Shown here: one piece after another, positions 10,735 through 22,200 of the stretch
Position numbering within the stretch: the first letter of the stretch is position 1
How the letters are laid out: each line of letters opens with the position of its first letter
Assembly: GCA_964370865.1 (NCBI GenBank)
Contig: CAYJKF010000003.1
Span: 7,735-71,734, forward strand
Source of the DNA: an uncultured Candidatus Saccharibacteria bacterium
GTDB taxonomy: Bacteria > Patescibacteriota > WWE3 > 2-01-FULL-39-13
Direction of reading: 5' to 3'
DNA length: 64,000 nucleotides
Position numbers and translations under genes: made by a program
Notes under the pieces: generated by a model
What the model saw: only the letters and a program-made list of their open reading frames with translations
Told to the model about the DNA's origin: nothing
The model's database searches: none

Positions 10735-11673
10735 ATGCCTACTGTTGAGAAAAGCCTTCATAGAGAGATTATGGCTACTGATATCTACCTCTGTGTCAGC
10801 TCAGATAAATATCCAAAAGAAGAGATTGATGTTGATTTAAATCAAGCCATATCTAAACTCAAAGATTTTGAGCGTAGATTTAGTAGGTTTGATAGTGAAA
10901 GTGAGCTAAGCCAATTTAACAACTCCAGTAAATTTAAGGCCAGCCAAGAGTTCATAGATTTGCTCAATGTTTCACTAAAATATTATTTAAAAACTGAAAA
11001 AATATTTAACCCAGCACTTTTACCCCTTTTGTTGAAGGAAGGATATACTCATAGTTTTTATGATATGGATCAAAAAAGGAATCAAGTTATAAATAGCGAT
11101 GGGCATAATTATAATTTTGAAGATATAAAAATTAACACTCAAACTAATGTCGTTACTAAACCAATCAACATGAAGATAGATTTTGGAGGAATTGGAAAGG
11201 GATATATGGTAAATAAATTATCAGAATTCTTTAAAGAAAAATATAAGGATTATTGTATTGATTTAGGCGGTGACATGTTCCTAAGTGGAGAGGATAAACA
11301 AAATAAATATCCATATTGGGCAATAGAAATTGAAAATCCACTCTCAGATGAGTTGGAAATGCCAACTCTGATACTGAAAGATATGGCAATAGCTACTTCG
11401 GGTATTAATCGAAGAAATTGGCAAAAAGATAATGTAACTAAAAACCACATCATAAATAAAGTTCAAGGAAGCATTAACAATGATTTGTTATGCGTAACCG
11501 TCATATCTGACAATTGTATTAATTGCGATATATTTGCTAAAGTTCTATTGATTCTAGGGCTAGAATCTGGAGTAAAATATAGTGAAAATCATAATTTAGC
11601 AGCAATATTTGTTAGTAAAGGTAAATTATTAGTTATAAATAAAAATGCGCAAAAATTCGTTTGGACTGAATAA
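10735..11673 (+). CDS. apbE: FAD:protein FMN transferase
   Basis: SRFDSESELS, IDFGGIGKGY, LGGD, IATSG, HII. Confidence 0.92.
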   Translation: MPTVEKSLHREIMATDIYLCVSSDKYPKEEIDVDLNQAISKLKDFERRFSRFDSESELSQFNNSSKFKASQEFIDLLNVSLKYYLKTEKIFNPALLPLLLKEGYTHSFYDMDQKRNQVINSDGHNYNFEDIKINTQTNVVTKPINMKIDFGGIGKGYMVNKLSEFFKEKYKDYCIDLGGDMFLSGEDKQNKYPYWAIEIENPLSDELEMPTLILKDMAIATSGINRRNWQKDNVTKNHIINKVQGSINNDLLCVTVISDNCINCDIFAKVLLILGLESGVKYSENHNLAAIFVSKGKLLVINKNAQKFVWTE

Positions 11674-13333
11674 CTTAATACTTAGTGGGGTTATCTTTGG
11701 AATATTTTTATCCACTCCGACAATTACACTTGCACAATCCGATTATGCTGAAGATAGCGACCTTGATGGAATTAGTGACGAGGCCGAAATAGGCATATAT
11801 AAGACTAACCCAAACGATCCTGATACAGACAAAGATGGTGTATTAGATTATATTGAAATTACTGTCGACAAGACAAACCCCACAGATATAAACTCCTCCC
11901 ATTTAACTGAAATCTCTGCAGAGTCACTAATAAACCCAAGGGATCCGATTGTGTGGTACCTAAGTAGAATAACTGGAATAGGTGCCTTTATTATGTTTAC
12001 AATGGTGATTTCGATGGGTCTGTTGATGACATCGAAATTTCTACTAAAAGTGCCATTTCTTAAAGCTCCTGACGCCTTACAATTACATAGTTTTACAGCG
12101 TCGATAATAGCTTTCACATTAATGCTAGTACATTTTTTGTCATTAATTTTTGATGATTTTATAAAACTGGAACTGAGTGAGATTTTTGTACCTTTTATAT
12201 TAGATCGCGATACTAATAGTTCATTGGGGTTCAATCTTAGATTCCCAGTTGGTCTTGGAGTTACAGCATTCTATTTTGCATCCGTTCTAGTTATAACTTC
12301 ACAATTAAGAAAAAAGATTGTATCGATAAAAGTCTGGAGAAAAATACACTATTCTAGTTTTGTGTTTTATTTACTATTTTTATTTCACGCAATCCTTTCA
12401 GGTACGGATACAAAAGAACCATGGATGATAGGAATATACGTATGGTCCGTTACTCAGGTGACAATCCTCATTTTACTTAGAATTTTTGGTAAAAAATACT
12501 TTTTACCAAGGCCAGCGATGGTAAATCCTATTCCAACAACACAAACTCAGATAACACCTAAAATAGATATTCCCAAAAATATTTCAGTAACTCCTCAAAG
12601 ATTTGAATTCTCCCTTATGCAAAAAGCAATGTTAAATGAAAAAGTTATGCTGCTCAAATTATCTCTTCTAAATCCCCCAGAAATTAATTTTACTTCTGGC
12701 CAATTTTTAAATATAAAGGTTAACGATAAACAATATAGGTCATATTCCATTAGTTCAAGTAGTTCAGAAAAAAAATCAGTGGAAATTATTGCTGCAGTAG
12801 GTCATGAAGGCATTGGCGCTAATTACTTTAAGAGTTTAAAAGTAGGCGATAAAGGCGAATTTATTGGACCATCTGGTAAATTTATCCTACCTCAAGTCCT
12901 TTCCTCAAATTTAGTCTTTATAGCAACTGGAACTGGAATAAGTCCACTAATATCTATGTTAAGAACCCTTAACGAAAGGGACTGTAAATCAAATATTCAG
13001 TTAATTTTTGGAATCAGAAATCAAAGTGAATTGTTCCTCTTAGATGAAATAAAATCCTTTGAAAAATCAAAACTGACTTTTAAATACTTAGTATGTTTTT
13101 CACAATTACCTCAAGAAAGTGTTGAAAACTCAGTGAATGGACGGGTGACTGATTTTATTCCGATGGATAATAAAGAATCTCAATATTTTATATGTGGTAA
13201 CCCTTATATGGTGCAAGATGTAACAACGCTTTTAGAATCCAAACAAATACCACAAGAAAATATTTTTCATGAGAAGTTTACTGTAGTAAATGCTCCAAAA
13301 ATAGAAAACCCTGTACCTGTATTAAAAAACTAA
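11645..13333 (+). CDS. Fusion: TSP3-like repeats + ferric-reductase-like di-heme membrane domain + FAD/NAD(P)-binding reductase
   Basis: DSDLDGISD/DTDKDGVLD; four TM His (QLHS, LVHF, KIHY, LFHA); RSYS, ATGTGISP, ICGNP, HEKF. Confidence 0.85.
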   Translation: MRKNSFGLNNLILSGVIFGIFLSTPTITLAQSDYAEDSDLDGISDEAEIGIYKTNPNDPDTDKDGVLDYIEITVDKTNPTDINSSHLTEISAESLINPRDPIVWYLSRITGIGAFIMFTMVISMGLLMTSKFLLKVPFLKAPDALQLHSFTASIIAFTLMLVHFLSLIFDDFIKLELSEIFVPFILDRDTNSSLGFNLRFPVGLGVTAFYFASVLVITSQLRKKIVSIKVWRKIHYSSFVFYLLFLFHAILSGTDTKEPWMIGIYVWSVTQVTILILLRIFGKKYFLPRPAMVNPIPTTQTQITPKIDIPKNISVTPQRFEFSLMQKAMLNEKVMLLKLSLLNPPEINFTSGQFLNIKVNDKQYRSYSISSSSSEKKSVEIIAAVGHEGIGANYFKSLKVGDKGEFIGPSGKFILPQVLSSNLVFIATGTGISPLISMLRTLNERDCKSNIQLIFGIRNQSELFLLDEIKSFEKSKLTFKYLVCFSQLPQESVENSVNGRVTDFIPMDNKESQYFICGNPYMVQDVTTLLESKQIPQENIFHEKFTVVNAPKIENPVPVLKN

Positions 13334-13398
13334 CTCTAAGTGGGTATTTCGATTTTCTAGCTCATGATTTAGAAAATTGTTGGGTGTATAATTTGCGC

Positions 13399-13878
13399 AT
13401 GATAGATACATATCCAGACCAACTAACCGAACTTTCTTTAATACAAGACCCACGACATGATGAAATATGCAGTAACTCATTGAATCTGTTCTATTCAGCT
13501 GCTAAGGAAACGACATCAGAAGATTTATTTGCAAATTCAACGGTGGTATATACCCTAACCATAGATCCAGTTACACGAGAAAGATTTATTACTGAAATAG
13601 GTCAAAGAAATTTTACCTCTTCCGATGGGCCAGCAGAAGGTGAAAGTTTTAGTAATCCAGTTAATCTACTCCCAACCCTTCCAGCAATTTATCCAGTCAG
13701 GGGTATCGTCAATGTAATGATATGCTTTGCCAGAGGAGTGCCTCTAATCTGTGATGGTAGGGCCGCCCGTGAAATATTTGGTAAAGCTCTACCCGGTCCT
13801 AAAGGCGCTGATAGTGGAACACGTCGATTCGCAAATGAATGTGGAGAAGTAGTCATTCACTGGGTAGAATTAGATTAA
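13399..13878 (+). CDS. Hypothetical protein
   Basis: ORF; ATG 6 nt after TATAAT. Confidence 0.5.
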   Translation: MIDTYPDQLTELSLIQDPRHDEICSNSLNLFYSAAKETTSEDLFANSTVVYTLTIDPVTRERFITEIGQRNFTSSDGPAEGESFSNPVNLLPTLPAIYPVRGIVNVMICFARGVPLICDGRAAREIFGKALPGPKGADSGTRRFANECGEVVIHWVELD

Positions 13879-13981
13879 GCTACTAAAGTAACACATCATA
13901 CATAACCAGAATCCTCACTTCTTCCCTTAATATTTAAGAACATTGTCCTTTTGCATTACGTAAATCTCTTAATAAAACAAA

Positions 13982-14006
13982 CAACCCGCCGCTAGCTGGC
14001 AGGTTG
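13982..14006 (-). terminator. Probable intrinsic terminator
   Basis: Minus strand CAACCTGCC-loop-GGCGGGTTG then TTTGTTT, just downstream of 14031 stop. Confidence 0.55.
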
Positions 14007-14030
14007 AATGTATTAAATGTCAAAAGGAAA

Positions 14031-14918
14031 TTAATTTACTTTTTTATTTCCTTGAGCATTTGGACTACTTTGAAGATAGCTTACGCAGTCTCCTTGGTTC
14101 TTGAATGCAGGATTATTGAAATCCATCCATCCTGAATTCTTACACTGATTTTTATCAGTTGGGCTAAGTGGCGTCTCAAAATCGAAAGTCGTGGTATCTC
14201 CACTAACTCCAAATTTAACCGCATCAATATTTTCGGTGTAACCATCAGCATATGGTTCTCCTACTCTTATACCTAACCATGAATCGGTTACACGAACTCT
14301 AACTCCAGAATAGGTAGCTAATATATCAGCCCAAGTTCTTGGCGTTGTTCCGGGTATTACTGATCCTGGCCATGTTGGTCCAGAGTATCTCCACATTGCA
14401 TTACCACTATTTAAAGCATCCCATTCTTGCCATGTATCTTGAACAACTGTTCCATTATCTGTTGGTAAAAAGACTAATCTTCTTTGCCATGTATCTGAAC
14501 CATTAAAATCAACATTAAATTGTAAGTAACCTGAACGGGTTGCTGATCCTCCATTACCTACTGAAGGGTTGTATGTGCTATATGCAAGTGTAGTTATATC
14601 AGCTAGTGGTGTTCCACTGAATTGATATGTAGCTAAATTCCTACGTTCGGATCCAGTTACGCTTATTTGAACGCTTCCAGTACCTTCAGGTGGTGTTGCT
14701 GGTCCTAAAACGAATGACCCGAGTGTATTATCAATAGTATCGGTTTCATCGTTATAGAAAAACCATGAATCAGGCTCTGCGACAACATCTGCTACATTAG
14801 TCGCCATATCACCTGGCAATACCACTACCGTAGAATCTGCTGCGAATGCTGGTCTTACGAGTAAAACCATAGCCAACGCTCCAAAGGTAATAAATAAATT
14901 TTTATATGTTATTTTCAT
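14031..14918 (-). CDS. Secreted protein with C-terminal CKxxGW...FKNQGDCV module
   Basis: Signal peptide ending PAFA; strong AAGGAGGTGA SD upstream. Confidence 0.75.
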   Translation of the reverse strand: MKITYKNLFITFGALAMVLLVRPAFAADSTVVVLPGDMATNVADVVAEPDSWFFYNDETDTIDNTLGSFVLGPATPPEGTGSVQISVTGSERRNLATYQFSGTPLADITTLAYSTYNPSVGNGGSATRSGYLQFNVDFNGSDTWQRRLVFLPTDNGTVVQDTWQEWDALNSGNAMWRYSGPTWPGSVIPGTTPRTWADILATYSGVRVRVTDSWLGIRVGEPYADGYTENIDAVKFGVSGDTTTFDFETPLSPTDKNQCKNSGWMDFNNPAFKNQGDCVSYLQSSPNAQGNKKVN

Positions 14919-14997
14919 TATTAATCACCTCCTTAATTTTCACTTAATACTTAACGTCACTGTGTAAATATATTTATTTACCTCTTACGTAATTTAC

Positions 14998-15264
14998 TTA
15001 TTCTTCAACTTGACCATGTGGTTCACAGTATGTATCTACCCATGCTCGTCTTTGTTCTCCTACATCACCTGTAAAAGACTGTTTTATATCCATGTTTTGT
15101 GGAAAAAACTTGTCACTAGCGTAGAAGGATCTATCCATACCCCAACATGCATTTGAATTAGCATTAGGATTTTTAACAGCCGCACCAGGTACTGCTGCAA
15201 AACTTGGTGTAACAGCAAGCACTAAGGCTACGAGTGCTAAAACTGAGATTATATATTTATTCAT
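14998..15264 (-). CDS. Small secreted protein with two Cys
   Basis: Signal peptide ending PSFA; AAGGGGGTGA SD. Confidence 0.7.
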   Translation of the reverse strand: MNKYIISVLALVALVLAVTPSFAAVPGAAVKNPNANSNACWGMDRSFYASDKFFPQNMDIKQSFTGDVGEQRRAWVDTYCEPHGQVEE

Positions 15265-15399
15265 TCGGAATCACCCCCTTTTTACTATAACTTCATATAT
15301 ACAGGAATCTATTTGAAATGCAAACCGCTTAAGGAGGATAGATGTGACAGGTAAAATTATCTTTTTATTTTTTGAATAGTTTTAATTAAGATTTCGGAA

Positions 15400-16479
15400 C
15401 TACAATTTTTTAATCGGCAAAGTAAAATAAAAAGTTGACCCCTTATTTTCGATGCTTTTAACCCATAGGTCACCGCCATGTTGTTTGATAATCTCCTGAG
15501 AAATAAAGAGACCCAGACCAAGTCCAGGAATCTGACTCTCTTTTTGTCCTTTCGCTCTGAAAAATCTTTCATAGATTCTTTTTTGCTCTTCTTTGGGAAT
15601 ACCCATTCCAAAATCCTGAATTATAACTGTAGCTTTATCTTCTGAAGATTCTAGTGAAACATTTACTTTCTCAGAATCCGGTGAGTATTTAATTGCATTA
15701 GAGATAAGATTTACAAGTACTTGATGAACACGGGCTTTATCTGCATACACTTGGGCTTTTGTGGTGCTTGGGTATTTGATAACGTGAGAGCTAATTGTGT
15801 ATTGAAAATTACCAACAACTTCAGTAATAAGTTCTTCTAGTTGGAAATCCACTTTCTTAAGGCGTAGCTTTCCTGATTTTATCTTATATACGTTCATAAA
15901 GGATGCTACCAATTCAGTTAATCTATTCATTTGAAGATCCATGTTTTCAAGCATTACTGATGCTTTTTCATCATTTGTTATTAGCGGATGTCTTTGAAGA
16001 AGCTGTGTATATGCTTTCATGCTCGTTACAGGGGTCTTTAGTTCGTGAGATGCAATGGATATAAAATCATCTTTTTGTTGTTCGATATGCTTTTTTTCTG
16101 TAATGTCTTCCATAGACATAAGAATCATAGCGGCTTTATTATTCTTCTGGACTAATTTGCGAGCATTGATAAGGACAATTCTTTTTCCAATTTCCGGAAA
16201 GTCATGCTCGAGCTCAAAGTCCTGAAAAAAAGTTTTTTGAGGTAATATTTGCTCGAGTAATTTACGTAGCTGAGGGGAATTCCATTGTCCATTTCCTAAT
16301 TTATATATCAACTTTCGCTCAGTTTCCTTTTTATCTACATGAAAGATTTTATAGAAAGACCTATTTGCAGTAATTACGCGTAATTTTTCATCTAAAATAA
16401 TAAGAGGTTCCCGCACCGTTTCAACTATTGCCTCCGCGTAGTCTAATTCTTCTTTTGCCGATAACTCTTTTTTAGCCAT
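15400..16479 (-). CDS. PAS-domain sensor histidine kinase (no cognate regulator in window)
   Basis: SHELKTP, NLISNAIKYS, DFGMGI, GLGLGL. Confidence 0.92.
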   Translation of the reverse strand: MAKKELSAKEELDYAEAIVETVREPLIILDEKLRVITANRSFYKIFHVDKKETERKLIYKLGNGQWNSPQLRKLLEQILPQKTFFQDFELEHDFPEIGKRIVLINARKLVQKNNKAAMILMSMEDITEKKHIEQQKDDFISIASHELKTPVTSMKAYTQLLQRHPLITNDEKASVMLENMDLQMNRLTELVASFMNVYKIKSGKLRLKKVDFQLEELITEVVGNFQYTISSHVIKYPSTTKAQVYADKARVHQVLVNLISNAIKYSPDSEKVNVSLESSEDKATVIIQDFGMGIPKEEQKRIYERFFRAKGQKESQIPGLGLGLFISQEIIKQHGGDLWVKSIENKGSTFYFTLPIKKL

Positions 16480-16589
16480 ATTGGTTACTTAATGATTAGA
16501 GTATACACATTATTTAGGTGTTGTCGAAAGCTACACCAAGTTTAATAGTTTGTATTGCATATTGTACTTTCTACGTATACTATGGGTAC

Positions 16590-17282
16590 ATGAATGACAA
16601 ATCTGATTTTTTTCCTCTTTCAGATAATCCATTCGAGCCAGAACCTATCGAGGCAACAACCGAACGTGGACAAGAATTGTTAAAAGATCCGGAATACATT
16701 CAAGCAAGAGTATTAGCTGACGTTGCACTTCAATATATATGGTACTATCTGGGATCAGATTATAACAACATGATTGAAGGAATGTCTCCAGAACTTGAAA
16801 TTGCAGGATTAGAGCAAGATGTAGCTATAAAAGCTTATGGGCATTTATATAATTTTGCTAGAGGTACGGACATGAACGATCTAACAAAAATCCCAAGTGA
16901 TATGCTTCACCCTGTAGGAGAAGATAGTTCAACTCTTAAATCGTTTATTGATCGCCATTATCATAATGCTTTTTGGATGATTAGTGATGACAGGGCTAAT
17001 CATAGGAGAATATTTCACCTATTTAAACCAGGATTCAGAAGTCAAATGTTTCCAGAAGAAACACAAGGAGTCGGAGTAAAAATTGAGAGAATAAAATCTA
17101 CTGTTGAGGACTCAAGCGGATACCTATTAATTGATTTCTACCCTACTAACGACTATGGAAATTTACCACAATTTGGACCAACTAATGCGAGTACATTAAA
17201 TTTTACATTTGGCAATTTTCCTCCAACGTTTGAAATGAAAGGACATCGTTATACCAGTCCTATAAATAATAAAAACGGTTAA
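16590..17282 (+). CDS. Hypothetical protein
   Basis: Long ORF; ATG 6 nt after TACTAT. Confidence 0.55.
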   Translation: MNDKSDFFPLSDNPFEPEPIEATTERGQELLKDPEYIQARVLADVALQYIWYYLGSDYNNMIEGMSPELEIAGLEQDVAIKAYGHLYNFARGTDMNDLTKIPSDMLHPVGEDSSTLKSFIDRHYHNAFWMISDDRANHRRIFHLFKPGFRSQMFPEETQGVGVKIERIKSTVEDSSGYLLIDFYPTNDYGNLPQFGPTNASTLNFTFGNFPPTFEMKGHRYTSPINNKNG

Positions 17283-17471
17283 TGAGAATTTTATTATGCG
17301 CGATTAATAGATTGATCCCTTGGCGTTTACCTAACTTGAAAATAAATTGGTTTGGATGCATGAAATCCAGTAGCATCAAATAAGTTTTTTCCTGGCTGGG
17401 CATGTCGGTCAAGAACGCAGCGCTTCTCTAGGATATAAATGATAGGGTTTAATTCATTTTAGGGAATGTAG

Positions 17472-17945
17472 TCAGATCTTTCTTGGAAAGAATTTTCGAA
17501 ACGGTAAAAATAGTCCTACAAGACTTATAATTATAAATACCGTTAAGGGCAGAATTAATGAAGGATTTGGTTCAGAGAATAAGTTTAAGCTAAGTCCAAT
17601 CCAACTTAAAAAGTAAATAGGAACAAACCAGAAAGCGTACCAAGCCCATTTTTGTCCTGACCTATAAGCAGTCATAGAAATGACTATAAGAAAAAAAGCA
17701 AAGCCTAAATCAGATAAACCCCCACCTCTAAAATAAAAATTGTACAAGTTGAAATCCCCCAAACTTGAAGATCTCAGTTCATCTAATGTTTTACCACTAA
17801 TGGTCAACACCAATGCTGGATCCGTATTAAAACCTAATGCATGAGGAAGCGCACCAACTAAGACAAATATTCCGATAACAAGGAATAGAATCCAGGCATA
17901 TTTCTCATAAAGCTTTACTGTGATAGAGTCATTCATCATTATCAA
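17472..17945 (-). CDS. Hypothetical 4-TM membrane protein
   Basis: Hydrophobic segments; AYRSGQKWAW. Confidence 0.65.
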   Translation of the reverse strand: MIMMNDSITVKLYEKYAWILFLVIGIFVLVGALPHALGFNTDPALVLTISGKTLDELRSSSLGDFNLYNFYFRGGGLSDLGFAFFLIVISMTAYRSGQKWAWYAFWFVPIYFLSWIGLSLNLFSEPNPSLILPLTVFIIISLVGLFLPFRKFFPRKI

Positions 17946-18078
17946 TTATGCAAACTATCATTCGTAATATCAAGTGAACACTACATTTTTTACGTTTACC
18001 ATGTATTGATTTTGTATTATTAATTTATTGGTGTTAACTACGAATATACAAATTATCCTGTACGTATATTCTTCTAGA

Positions 18079-18096
18079 TGGCTGGGCATCGTGGAT
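18079..18096 (+). repeat. Distal att-like imperfect repeat of tRNA-Gln 3' end
   Basis: 6-bp core TGGCTG, 14/18 identity to 33626-33643. Confidence 0.65.
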
Positions 18097-18246
18097 GACG
18101 TTAGAACCATTATCCAAGATCAATCGGAGTATGTTTACATTCCAGATATAGCACATCAGCTTTAATTATCTTCTACTTTCTATAAAATTACCCCACCATA
18201 CCAATCACTATACTTTGTGTTCACAACCACGAGGTATAATCAATCC

Positions 18247-19212
18247 ATGAAAAGAAAAATATTTCTCTGGGGACTCTTTGTTTTGGGGTTATTTTTATTT
18301 TTTCAACTTATAAGTATCTTGACTCTATACGCAGGCAATTACTTTTTAGAAAGTCATGCCACTCGCAAGGCTCAAGTCTTATTTACAACATCTTACTGGA
18401 CATCACTAACTCTAAATAAGGTGCCACTTGAGTTGGTTAAAGATATTAACAAAATTAAGCCAGAAGTAGAAATTAAAGATCCAAAGATAATACATAAAAT
18501 AGACTCATCTGAGGTATCCGTGTCAGATAAGAAAATAACAACTCAGGAATATGACGCTGGTCATAAAACTATTACACTTTCGGCAATACTAAAAAACAAC
18601 GCTAAGGTTGGCATTCCTAGCATCAAGCTATCGAATATCACAATGTACAATAAGGACAATGTTGTGATCGCTAAAAAACAAGATTACGACAAAAATATAT
18701 TTATGCCTTATGGCACAGAATATCCTTTTACATTCCAAATCATAAATCCATCCGAACCCCTGGATGTGAGTGATTTTAGTGTTGAGATGAGCATACCAGA
18801 ATTCACTATTAACGAAAAAGCTGTAAGGCTAGACACGTCTAATGCCAAATTACTTTCTGTTGAAACATTCGAAGCACAAAGTGGTAAAAATTATACATTT
18901 AGGTACAGATTCACGATAGGAAATAATACTGATAGAGAAGTAAATAATATTAGGAGGTTAACTTTTTTGAAACACGAAGGACATACATTAACACTAATGG
19001 AAGATGCCTGTTGTACTCAGGTAGCATTTGTTCCTCCAAGTACAAGCAATTACCCTAGTCTCGGTAATAGTGGATATGTCTGGAGTTTGAAACCACAGGA
19101 ACAAAGAGAATTTGAGTTACAAATTAGCCCAAATCCTGAATTATACACAACGGATATTAACTCCCAAAATATTGAGTTAATTAATTATATCTTCGGAGCA
19201 TACGCAGATTAA
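18247..19212 (+). CDS. Membrane-anchored hypothetical protein, beta-rich
   Basis: N-terminal TM; ATG 6 nt after TATAAT. Confidence 0.65.
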   Translation: MKRKIFLWGLFVLGLFLFFQLISILTLYAGNYFLESHATRKAQVLFTTSYWTSLTLNKVPLELVKDINKIKPEVEIKDPKIIHKIDSSEVSVSDKKITTQEYDAGHKTITLSAILKNNAKVGIPSIKLSNITMYNKDNVVIAKKQDYDKNIFMPYGTEYPFTFQIINPSEPLDVSDFSVEMSIPEFTINEKAVRLDTSNAKLLSVETFEAQSGKNYTFRYRFTIGNNTDREVNNIRRLTFLKHEGHTLTLMEDACCTQVAFVPPSTSNYPSLGNSGYVWSLKPQEQREFELQISPNPELYTTDINSQNIELINYIFGAYAD

Positions 19213-19296
19213 TCATCACGATGACGAATAAAACAAAACCGATATTAATGATCTTTTATTTAAAGGGAGGTTATATTATCACCTGTAGTTTATAGG

Positions 19297-22200
19297 CTAC
19301 TTAAATTCTACTACTCTATCACGACGAAAGGTTTTGTTAGTCCCCGAAAAACTATCGTATGCTGAGAAATAAGTATCGTTAAACTCAATCAGCGATAATA
19401 ACCGCCAATACTTCGCACTACCAGCCTTAGTAGATTGATAGCGGATATTTATGTTTTTAGAAACACGATCCCCCAAATATTCGCCAAATGCGTCTTGATT
19501 AACTTCACGCGCACCGACACTAAATCCCTTATTTACTGAGGAGTTGGGCTTCTGAACTTTTGTCGTGGAGGTCCCATTAACATCGTGTACGTTATCTACT
19601 TCTTCGTCAGAGAAATTAGTGATATACATTTCTTTTGGGGCATCTTCAGGAGCGATTGTTTCTTTTTCTAATTCCTTAACTACATCCGTCTTGCTGATCA
19701 TGGATTCGTAATCGAAATACTCCTTTATGTAATCAATTAGAGCTTTTTCCTCTCCCGGTTGGTCGCTTATCCAATCGAAATACGATATACGATAGAAATT
19801 CCAGCCAGCCGCTTCTAGGACACCCTGGCGCTCCCAGTCGCTCTGAATATATACTTGACCGTCTCCTCCTTCGAAATGTGTAGGGCCGTCACATTCAATG
19901 GCTAACTTTTTGCCATTATGAGATACCGTTATATCAATCCTAAAACCTAGTGATTCAGTTTGTGTTTCTATTGTGTAATCGTTAGGATCTAATTCTTTAG
20001 CCAAGAAGCTATATATATTCTCTTCAAAACCCGAATCAAACTGTTGTGCAGATTTGATGTGTCGGCGAGAAACAATTCCAAACTTATCAATATATTCCAA
20101 GTACTTTTTAATCCAGATACCATCCGGCCATAGCTCTGTTGCAATCGATGTAACGGTATGGACTTGTAATCTCGCACGACTAAACGCAACATTCACTCGC
20201 CCTGCCGCGATATCTTTACGAATCTCACCTCCTTCTCCTGTTAGAGCTATATAACGCCTCTTATCGCTGGGGTCTTTGATGACGAAAGAGTAGATTACTA
20301 TATCTCTTTCATCTCCTTGAATCCCATCAATAATAGACACCTTTATGTTTTCATCAGAAATAGTTTTACGAATCAACTCCGCCTGTTCATTGAAGAAGGT
20401 TAAAATAGCAATAGTTTTATCTTTTAAAGCCGCATCAATCTTTATCTCCTCTAATATTTGCTGAATTTTCCTTACTTCTGCGATATTGGTTTTATCGGAA
20501 GTTTCTTCTAGTTCGTTTGGAGCTACTAAATGGGTTAATAAAATGCGTCCTGTATTTTTGTAAGGCACAATATTATCGTTTATCGCTTCGAGATTACGAC
20601 CTATCGGTTCATAAAATGACTGATTAGAGAAACCTATCAGCTCTTTGGGAGAACGATAGTGGTACTTAAGTGTTTTGGTTTTAAAACCATTTAAATGGGC
20701 GATGTCCATAACAGATTTAACGGTGTCTTCTTCTGCTTTGATTTGGTAGACATCAGGAATCTTGTGCTTTTTGGCAATCGCTTTCAATTGATCATTAGAC
20801 TTAAACATAATATTATCGTCTCGCATTTGTAATGTATCCCCAAAGAAAATAGTGTGTTTAGCACGGAACATAGAAGGAAATGCGTATGCAAAGTTGCATT
20901 GAGATGCCTCATCAATAATCACATAATCAAATGCGTTCATTTCTAAAGGTACAATTCGACTTACATCATCCAAACTCATCATCCAAATCGGAAGTACTTT
21001 AGTCATTGCCTTGAAATTATCTTCGTTATGTTTAAGCCTATCAAATGTTTTATTGGCTTTTTTACTTTTTGTTAGACTTCTAGCAACTTGTGCAAGAGTC
21101 GCTTTCAAAGATTTGTCGTTATTCGCTTCCCCGATTCTAGTTAAGATACGATTTCGGACATAATTAGTAGTATTAGTTCTGTAAAATTTTCTTATATCCT
21201 TTATTTCGCGATTTAATTCATTTGCCGAATATAATGACACCTCGTTAATCTGTTCAGAAATCTTAGTATACCGAGTTAAATCACTAAAGACCTGCTCCTC
21301 ACCTCCATTTTCTATAATAATCTTTTTAATATTTGTGAATGCCGTTGCGGGTATATTTTTACTCTGTAATAAATCCTGTACCAACGCGCGACTACGAGCG
21401 ATTGCCTTAATTTGACTGGTATAATTAAAATATTCCACAAGACTATCGAGTAGTTGTAAACGTGCTGACTTAGTGTTGTCTGAGAACAGTATTCTCTCAA
21501 GCTCAATATAAATTTCCTGAAGTATAGTTCGGCAGTATTTCTTTAAAGCATTATGTAGTTTTGTGTTATTAACTCTAATACCAAACCAACTGGATCGCTC
21601 AGGCATCTTAGACTTAAAATAGGTTTGAATATCTGTTATTGAATCGATGGTCGACTGGTAATTAATTTCAAGTGACTTAAACTTGGTGTCCAGAGCATTT
21701 ATTAATTTGCCGTGGACGTTCTCTGTATCTTTGATCTTTGACACCATCTTCGCAATGAATTTTTCCTGTTCCAATACTTGGTCATACCATTCACGACTGA
21801 TTCCGTAGGTATACAATGGTTCAAGATAATCCAGTTTTCTACGCTCAACGTATAATGTATATATATATCTTTCATTCTCGATATTTTTATCAAATATATT
21901 GGATCGGTCGGCGAGTAAGGCCAGAGGCTCTTTTAAGTCACCAACTTTACTTTTTTGGAATTCTCGATTTAAAGCTTGAAGGGTAATTGCTGCGCTATCC
22001 TTTTCGTCAGATTCATTATACATTTTTGAAGTCTTGTCTGGTATGTAACCAAATAAGAATGGAATATCTAATCCTTTCAGCTTATCCTTTACTCCACGAA
22101 TGGCTTGATCCTTTTGACTTGCAAAAAGTACGCGTTTACCTGTTGCTGCAAAATGAACTAACAAATTGGCAATTGTCTGTGACTTACCTGTACCTGGAGG

